From positions 1-64,000 of IMG/VR virus record IMGVR_UViG_3300012985_000010: a stretch of DNA of 64,000 bases; one strand, written 5' to 3'. Below, in pieces: positions 59,103 through 64,000 of the stretch. The translations under genes were made by a program, and so were the position numbers. The DNA is from a virus. Position 1 is the stretch's first letter. Each line of letters begins with the position of its first letter. The notes beneath the pieces were generated by a model. That model was given only the letters and a program-made list of their open reading frames with translations. It ran no database searches and was not told the origin of the DNA.

Positions 59103-59203
59103 AAAGGGGCGGGGCGCGCTCTTGAACCTCATTACGACCGCGCCGAAGTTTTGTCAGAGTCGTGTGGTAGAGTTCGAGCATCACCTCAACCAAGGAGAGC
59201 GCC

Positions 59204-59353
59204 ATGTGTGAAGACTACCCCTGCTGCGGCCACACCCCGTCTGACCCCTGCACGCGCGAGTGGTACGACGAGCCCGACGCTTTCGACCCCCGCAAGAACC
59301 CCCACGCGTTCTGTGACCACGCCAACGGTGACTACGCCTGCGACGACTACTGA
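59204..59353 (+). CDS. 49-aa Cys/His/Asp-rich protein (MCEDYPCCGHTPSDPCTREWYDEPDAFDPRKNPHAFCDHANGDYACDDY), not in the ORF track
   Basis: AAGGAG RBS; own promoter TGTCAG-N10-TAGAGT (59152-59173). Confidence 0.75.
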   Translation: MCEDYPCCGHTPSDPCTREWYDEPDAFDPRKNPHAFCDHANGDYACDDY

Positions 59354-59484
59354 GAGGCTAGCCCTTCGGGGCGGGGCGCGGCGTTTCCGGCGATTACGAA
59401 TGACGGCGAATTTCCCCGGCGTTTCTGTTGACACGGGACGGCGATTCTGTGTTAGACTCTACCTACCCAACCAGGAGGCACATC

Positions 59485-59739
59485 ATGAGCAACGTCCGCG
59501 TCATCCCCGCCCACGTCGACACTCCCCCGGTCGATGCTGAGTCCGCTGAGTTCTCCCGCTTCGTGCCGGAGCACCTGCTGGGTGACTTCGAGGTCGACGT
59601 TCTGCAGGGCGAGGCCATCCCCACGATCAACGACACCATCGACTTCTGGGCTGAAATGGCAACCTGCGAGCACGGCCTGTCGCGCGAACTCTGCGACGGC
59701 CCCATGCACTACCCGGCAGACAACCCCTACGACTTCTGA
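59485..59739 (+). CDS. Small acidic protein with C-terminal CEHGLS..LC.GP.HYP motif
   Basis: AGGAGG RBS before MSNVRV. Confidence 0.75.
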   Translation: MSNVRVIPAHVDTPPVDAESAEFSRFVPEHLLGDFEVDVLQGEAIPTINDTIDFWAEMATCEHGLSRELCDGPMHYPADNPYDF

Positions 59740-59865
59740 GAAACCTCGCTCCTGCCCTTGACAAAGGGCAGGGTGCGCGGGGCGCGGTCGGGCGTGTCAT
59801 TACGAAGCCTGTTTGATTTTGTCGGTGCCGTGTGTTACTGTTGGCTCAACCAACCAGGAGGAAAC

Positions 59866-60102
59866 ATGAACGACTGCATCGAGCACACCATCCCCGCTGA
59901 CTGCGAGGGCGAGGTCATGTTCTACCAGGCCCTTTCCGGCTCGGGTGAGTCCTACCCCCGCTGCGAGAAGGGTTACGCCGAGTACGTCGAGCGCGTGCAG
60001 CCCCAGATGGACTCGATCCGTGAGCGGTACCCCGACTCCTCCACCCCGCCGTCCTGGTTCGACCCCACCTACGCGGGCGAGCGATGGGACGATGACTACT
60101 GA
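59866..60102 (+). CDS. Small acidic protein (..PSWFDPTYAGERWDDDY)
   Basis: AGGAGG RBS; promoter TTGATT-N17-TACTGT overlapping TGTCGG-N10-TACTGT. Confidence 0.75.
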   Translation: MNDCIEHTIPADCEGEVMFYQALSGSGESYPRCEKGYAEYVERVQPQMDSIRERYPDSSTPPSWFDPTYAGERWDDDY

Positions 60103-60239
60103 GCACTCGCCTTCGGGCGGGGCGACCGTTACCTTTCTGTTACGAAATGAGTCTGATTTCGTGGGGAAACTGTCAGACCCCTACGCTAGAATCTGGATAC
60201 AGGCAAGAGGGAGAACGGTTCTCCCAGGAAAGGCAAGTC

Positions 60240-60560
60240 ATGATCATCAAGTCCGTTAGCCAGTGGGACGTTATCTCCCTCCCTTCGTTCGACCCGTCCG
60301 GTCGTTCTGACTTCCAGGTGGTTGAGATTACCACTGACGCCAACGGTGAGTACGTTCACCTTAAGGCTGTCTCTCCCGATGGTCACTACGTCTCGAAGCA
60401 GGTCGGTGTTCGCACGATGGGTGACACCCTTCGTAACGCTCGTCCTGCCGAGTGCGTGGAGTGCCGTACCAACGTGTATGTGCCTCACAACTCTTGCCTC
60501 TACGGCGGAAACCGTACGGGTCACTCAAAGACTCACTGTACCGCGAATGCGTGTTACTAG
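60240..60560 (+). CDS. Hypothetical protein with Cys/His-rich C-terminus
   Basis: AGGAAAGG RBS; promoter TGTCAG-N10-TAGAAT (60171-60192). Confidence 0.7.
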   Translation: MIIKSVSQWDVISLPSFDPSGRSDFQVVEITTDANGEYVHLKAVSPDGHYVSKQVGVRTMGDTLRNARPAECVECRTNVYVPHNSCLYGGNRTGHSKTHCTANACY

Positions 60561-60664
60561 ACACGCCCGAGCGCGGGGCGCTCGTTACCTGTTTGTTACG
60601 AAAGACGTTTGATTTCGTGGGTGATACCTGATACGGTGTACCTACCAACGACAAGGAGAGTCAA

Positions 60665-60853
60665 GTGTTCCAGATCAAGCCCGTTTCGCCTCCGGCCCCC
60701 GAGTGCTTCGTTCCGAAGCAGTTTGAGACCGAGAGTGAGGTGCTGTCCACTCTGATCGTCAACGGTTGGAGCGAGATTCACCACCCGTCGGGCACCGTCT
60801 GGCGTCACGACGTTTCCGGTCGCATCGTTCGCATCGTGGAGGTTGACGCGTGA
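60665..60853 (+). CDS. Small hypothetical protein
   Basis: AAGGAG RBS; TTGATT-N17-TACGGT promoter (60609-60637). Confidence 0.65.
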   Translation: MFQIKPVSPPAPECFVPKQFETESEVLSTLIVNGWSEIHHPSGTVWRHDVSGRIVRIVEVDA

Positions 60854-61239
60854 TCAACAACGTGGAGAATTCGATCCTGGTCTGTCGCATCCTGGCAGAC
60901 AACGGCCTCGGCGGGCGTTCCTTGGAGCGTGCGGCAACTTCGATCATGGCCCTCGGCGCAAAGGACATGTCCAATGTCCCGCAGGCTAGCGGCTCCCCCC
61001 TTGCCGATTGGGAGAAGGAGTTGCTGGACCCGCAGTACCGGGTCAAGGAGTGGTGTATCCGTCACCTGGACGAGTACCGCACCGAGGACGGTACCTCGTA
61101 CCGTAAGATCATGATGATCAAGGACGTGAAGGCTGCGTTTGGTCTCTCGCTTAAGGAGGCGAAGGACCGTGTGGACGAGTGCGTGACCAATGCGGACCTC
61201 GCCCAACTGCGTGAGCGCCTGACCGGCAACTCGTACTAG
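60850..61239 (+). CDS. Protein with C-terminal ribosomal L7/L12 CTD-like domain
   Basis: 'KIMMIKDVKAAFGLSLKEAKDRVD' resembles bL12 'KI.VIK.VR...GLGLKEAK.LVE'. Confidence 0.65.
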   Translation: MINNVENSILVCRILADNGLGGRSLERAATSIMALGAKDMSNVPQASGSPLADWEKELLDPQYRVKEWCIRHLDEYRTEDGTSYRKIMMIKDVKAAFGLSLKEAKDRVDECVTNADLAQLRERLTGNSY

Positions 61240-61382
61240 GCGATTTCAGCCCGCCCCAAGCCCTTGACAAAAGGGCTTGGAGGCGCGGGGCGCACCTTTA
61301 CCTTCTCTTTACGAACACCTGTTGACTTCCCTGGTCTCAGCGTGTATGGTTTACCTATCAGCCCCGATGAAGGAGTGGTCAC

Positions 61383-61502
61383 ATGAACACCAGCGAGAAG
61401 ATTGCCGCCGCCGTGGCGAACCAGAAGGCCGTCAAGGCCCAGCGCGCACGGGAAGCAATGGCTCGCGTGGCTGCTGCTTCACCGGGGCTGCCCAAGTCCT
61501 GA
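61383..61502 (+). CDS. 39-aa Ala-rich basic peptide (MNTSEKIAAAVANQKAVKAQRAREAMARVAAASPGLPKS), not in the ORF track
   Basis: AAGGAG RBS; TTGACT-N17-TATGGT promoter (61322-61350). Confidence 0.6.
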   Translation: MNTSEKIAAAVANQKAVKAQRAREAMARVAAASPGLPKS

Positions 61503-61800
61503 GGCGCGCGGGGGATGTGGACCCCTGCGCTTGGAACGAGGCTTGGCCCACCTCAACTCAGAAACGGGCCCACAACTTCACAGCGCGTGTCTCCTAGGTA
61601 GGGACTAGACGAATCGGAACACACTTACCCGAGGATGGAAGCGGTCGTTTCGTAGCACACGAGGAGTAGTGTCCCGCCCCTGCTACCATATCCCACCGTA
61701 ATCGAACACCTACCTAGGCGAGACGTTCTGTGGATGGCGCATAAGTGAATATGGTCATGAGTAGCCCCTAATGGCATAAGCAACCATTAGGGGCATATTC
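61503..61800 (+). ncRNA. Candidate ~300-nt structured non-coding RNA
   Basis: Several nested stems including CCTAGGTAGG/CCTACCTAGG; no RBS-led ORF; ends in an 11-bp hairpin. Confidence 0.45.
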
Positions 61801-61856
61801 ATGCGGGGCGCGCAGCGCCAACAGTTTACGACCGGCGCTCGATTTCCCTGGACCTA

Positions 61857-61885
61857 GGGGGCCAGCCCATGATAGGCTGGCCCCC
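61857..61885. terminator. Hairpin terminating the inverted gene
   Basis: GGGGGCCAGCC-CATGATA-GGCTGGCCCCC. Confidence 0.7.
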
Positions 61886-61891
61886 TTGTGG

Positions 61892-62116
61892 TCAGGACTC
61901 GGTGGGAGCCTTGGTCAGATCGACCTTCGGAGTCTCCACCTTCGGAGCGGCGACGGGGTTGTCAGCCTCGAACTTCACGCCCTTGGCGCGAGCCTCGGCC
62001 ACGAGAGCACGGCCCTCGTTCGAGAAACGACCCTTGACGGAACCCGGCTTCGCCAGGCCCTTCTCGATCAGCAGAGCGCGGGGGCTCTCGTACTTGGTGC
62101 GGAACTTGCGGGCCAT
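61892..62116 (-). CDS. Small basic protein, possible Lsr2/AT-hook-like DNA binder
   Basis: AAGGGAGG RBS; 'R..L..KGL....KGRFS' resembles the Lsr2 C-terminal RGR motif. Confidence 0.6.
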   Translation of the reverse strand: MARKFRTKYESPRALLIEKGLAKPGSVKGRFSNEGRALVAEARAKGVKFEADNPVAAPKVETPKVDLTKAPTES

Positions 62117-62357
62117 GACAGGCCCTCCCTTCACTTTCGGTGAGGGCGTGTCCCTCACTCACAGGACTAACTATACACGGATACACCGACGATTGGAACC
62201 CTTTGTCCAACCTTTCTTGGTAAAGGAATCTTTGCCCCCGCCCTATTGACAACGATCATCAGGGCGGGCCGCGCTCGGGCGTGTCGTTACGAAGCCGTGA
62301 CAATTTCCCCGGTGATACGGTTGCGCGGTGTCGGTCCCCTAGTGTATAGTTTGAGCC

Positions 62358-63104
62358 ATGACAAACACCCTCGCGCTTCGACTGTCCACCGACCGTAAGA
62401 CGACCCCTTCCGCAAACAAGGCGGGAACGCAGGCAAACGTGAGCAACGCTTTCGGCTTGCTTTCCGGGCGGGAGTTTTCGTGCCCCGGTCAGACTGCCGC
62501 GTGCGAGGCTGTTTGCTACGCTGGCAAATTGGAGAACATCTTTAAGGGATTCCGCGCGGTTATGGAGTCGAATTGGAACGCCGTTAAGGATGCGTCCGCT
62601 AATGATATCGCGCGGTCGCTTAACCACCTTATCGGTGAATTCCGTATCGCTGCTAATAAGCGTGGGGCCTCGCTCGATTTCCGCATTCACCATGACGGGG
62701 ATTTCTTTTCTCGCGCGTACGCTCGCGCATGGTCTGCGGTTATCCTCTCCAACCCTGACGTGAATTTCTGGGCATACACTCGGAGTTTCACGCCGGGAAA
62801 CAATGTCGTCGATATCCTCGCCGGTATTCCGAATCTCACCCTTTACCTTTCGGTGGACGAGGGGAATGCGGAATGGGTGGACGAGATTATCAGTGAGCAC
62901 CCGGATATCCTTATCGCAACGCTTACCGATACTGCCGCCGAAGGTGCGGCAATGATGGGCGAATGGCGAAACCGTCCGGGTGCGGCGTGTCCCGAGGTTA
63001 TGGGCCGAATTCCTCTCATTACCGTAAACGGTGGCGCGTGCATTTCCTGCGGACTTTGCCCTAATGGCAAGGCCGATATCCGATTCGCAGCAAAGGGGAA
63101 GTGA
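62358..63104 (+). CDS. Gp88-like Cys-cluster (radical-SAM-like) phage protein, leaderless
   Basis: 'SCPGQT.AC..VCYA', 'FRIHHDGDF', 'FWAYTR', 'NL.LYLS.D', 'C.SC.LC'; ATG 7 nt after TATAGT. Confidence 0.75.
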   Translation: MTNTLALRLSTDRKTTPSANKAGTQANVSNAFGLLSGREFSCPGQTAACEAVCYAGKLENIFKGFRAVMESNWNAVKDASANDIARSLNHLIGEFRIAANKRGASLDFRIHHDGDFFSRAYARAWSAVILSNPDVNFWAYTRSFTPGNNVVDILAGIPNLTLYLSVDEGNAEWVDEIISEHPDILIATLTDTAAEGAAMMGEWRNRPGAACPEVMGRIPLITVNGGACISCGLCPNGKADIRFAAKGK

Positions 63105-63105
63105 C

Positions 63106-63279
63106 TTGTATATCATCAAGACTCGTAACCGTAAGACCGGCCGCGCGGATATCAAGGTGCATTCCGGGGATTATTCCTCGGCTGTTACCCGTACCAACCG
63201 GCTCAAGAATGCGAACACGGTTAGCCTTCACGCTAACACCGGTCGCTGTCTGCTCCGGTCTCCCGGTTCGGTTATCTAA
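63106..63279 (+). CDS. Small basic hypothetical protein (TTG start)
   Basis: Directly after the gp88-like stop; ends before a hairpin and cassette. Confidence 0.5.
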   Translation: MYIIKTRNRKTGRADIKVHSGDYSSAVTRTNRLKNANTVSLHANTGRCLLRSPGSVI

Positions 63280-63381
63280 CCCGTGCGCGGGCGTGGCAAC
63301 ACGCCCGAGCGCGGGGCGCGCGTTACCCTTTCGTTACGAAAGGTGCTTGATTTCGTGGGGCTCTGCTGATAGGTTCTCTGC

Positions 63382-63843
63382 ATGGAAATCTTCCGCATCG
63401 AACACGGCCAATACCTCCACGGTCCCTACAACACGGCGCATTGGGACAGCAAGTCCATTTGCGACTGTGGCTACTTCCCCGCGATGGAGAAGTGGAACGA
63501 GGACATGAACCGTGAGTTCCCCTGGCACGATGACGACTGTTTCTTGATGCAGTTGCGTTCGGTCACTGAGGCAATGCTCAGCGAGCACTGCGATATCGCA
63601 CACCCGCCGCCGCAGCGTGACAACCTGTTCGATATCGCACCTGACGAGGTGTGCGCCTTCCTCGACCTCGCAGACCTCCACGAGTGGTTCGCAGGCTTTC
63701 AGGACACATTGGCCGAGGTTGGGTACCGCATTTCCGTCTTTGAGGTTGACGAGTGTGATATCCGAGTCGGTGACACTCAGATTGTTTTCCGCAACGGTGA
63801 GAGGTTGACAACCCTCCCCCTGACTGGTAAGGTCGCAGCATGA
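63382..63843 (+). CDS. Hypothetical protein, leaderless
   Basis: TTGATT-N17-TAGGTT ends 6 nt before the ATG; 'FRIEH...GPY...HP.P..D....CAF.....L..WF' pattern. Confidence 0.7.
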   Translation: MEIFRIEHGQYLHGPYNTAHWDSKSICDCGYFPAMEKWNEDMNREFPWHDDDCFLMQLRSVTEAMLSEHCDIAHPPPQRDNLFDIAPDEVCAFLDLADLHEWFAGFQDTLAEVGYRISVFEVDECDIRVGDTQIVFRNGERLTTLPLTGKVAA

Positions 63844-63998
63844 CGAAGAACAAGCGCCGAGCGCGCCCGCAGAAGCAGAAGGACAAGGTACAGCGTGTGC
63901 AGGACCTCCGCAGGGGTTCGACCGCTCAGCCTCACGCCCTTGCCACCGACTACAAGCGTAGCCCGAAGCACAAGGGACGCGGGTGGGAGGATGCGTAA
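63840..63998 (+). CDS. 52-aa very basic protein (MTKNKRRARPQKQKDKVQRVQDLRRGSTAQPHALATDYKRSPKHKGRGWEDA), not in the ORF track
   Basis: ATGA coupling to the upstream gene. Confidence 0.6.
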   Translation: MTKNKRRARPQKQKDKVQRVQDLRRGSTAQPHALATDYKRSPKHKGRGWEDA

Positions 63999-64000
63999 GT

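Larger units (their letters stand above)
58316..63375 (+). repeat. Dispersed intergenic cassette GCGGGGCGCG-N13-TTACGA(A), about 10 copies
   Basis: Copies start at 58316, 59109, 59371, 59777, 60117, 60573, 61285, 61803, 62264 and 63311. Confidence 0.9.

Noticed and set aside
61510-61710. tmRNA or tRNA (GGGGATG start)
   Set aside because: No T-arm GTTCRA, acceptor-stem complement or CCA end found. No tRNA was recognised anywhere in the window by eye; tRNAscan was not run.
58316-63375. Repeated motif interpreted as a CRISPR array
   Set aside because: Copies are degenerate and separated by hundreds of bases containing genes, not 30-40 nt spacers.

Overview
This 64 kb window is part of a large lytic siphovirus genome, most likely infecting an actinobacterium. 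Its gene order and content resemble Streptomyces cluster BE/BK-type phages (inferred from protein motifs; no database search was run). From 1 to 53.4 kb the genes are on the minus strand: tail-fibre-like gene, terminase, GT25 glycosyltransferase, RuvC/Cas4/resolvase, RecA, MazG, DnaE, SSB, primase, DnaB, holin, the tail and head module (2280-aa tape measure with NlpC/P60, frameshifted tail chaperone), endolysin, class II ribonucleotide reductase and a GT4 glycosyltransferase. An AT-rich strand switch near 53.4-53.6 kb is followed by plus-strand genes (secreted transglycosylase, ThyX, small ORFs). The most striking feature is at 57.2-64 kb: an array of small single-gene or short-operon units. 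Each is preceded by a fixed-geometry cassette: hairpin, GCGGGGCGCG, N13, TTACGA(A), then a promoter. About ten copies are visible. Several of these promoters exactly match the actinobacterial PafBC/RecA-NDp DNA-damage motif (TGTCRG-N10-TANNNT), and others carry MtrA/GlnR-like GTTAC-N6-GTTAC repeats. The array also holds a ~300-nt structured non-coding segment, an L7/L12-CTD-like protein and an inverted Lsr2-like gene. Elsewhere there is a candidate sRNA, two genes that seem to start at ATT, terminators fused to promoters, and many leaderless starts. I found no tRNA, rRNA, CRISPR array, integrase or intein.
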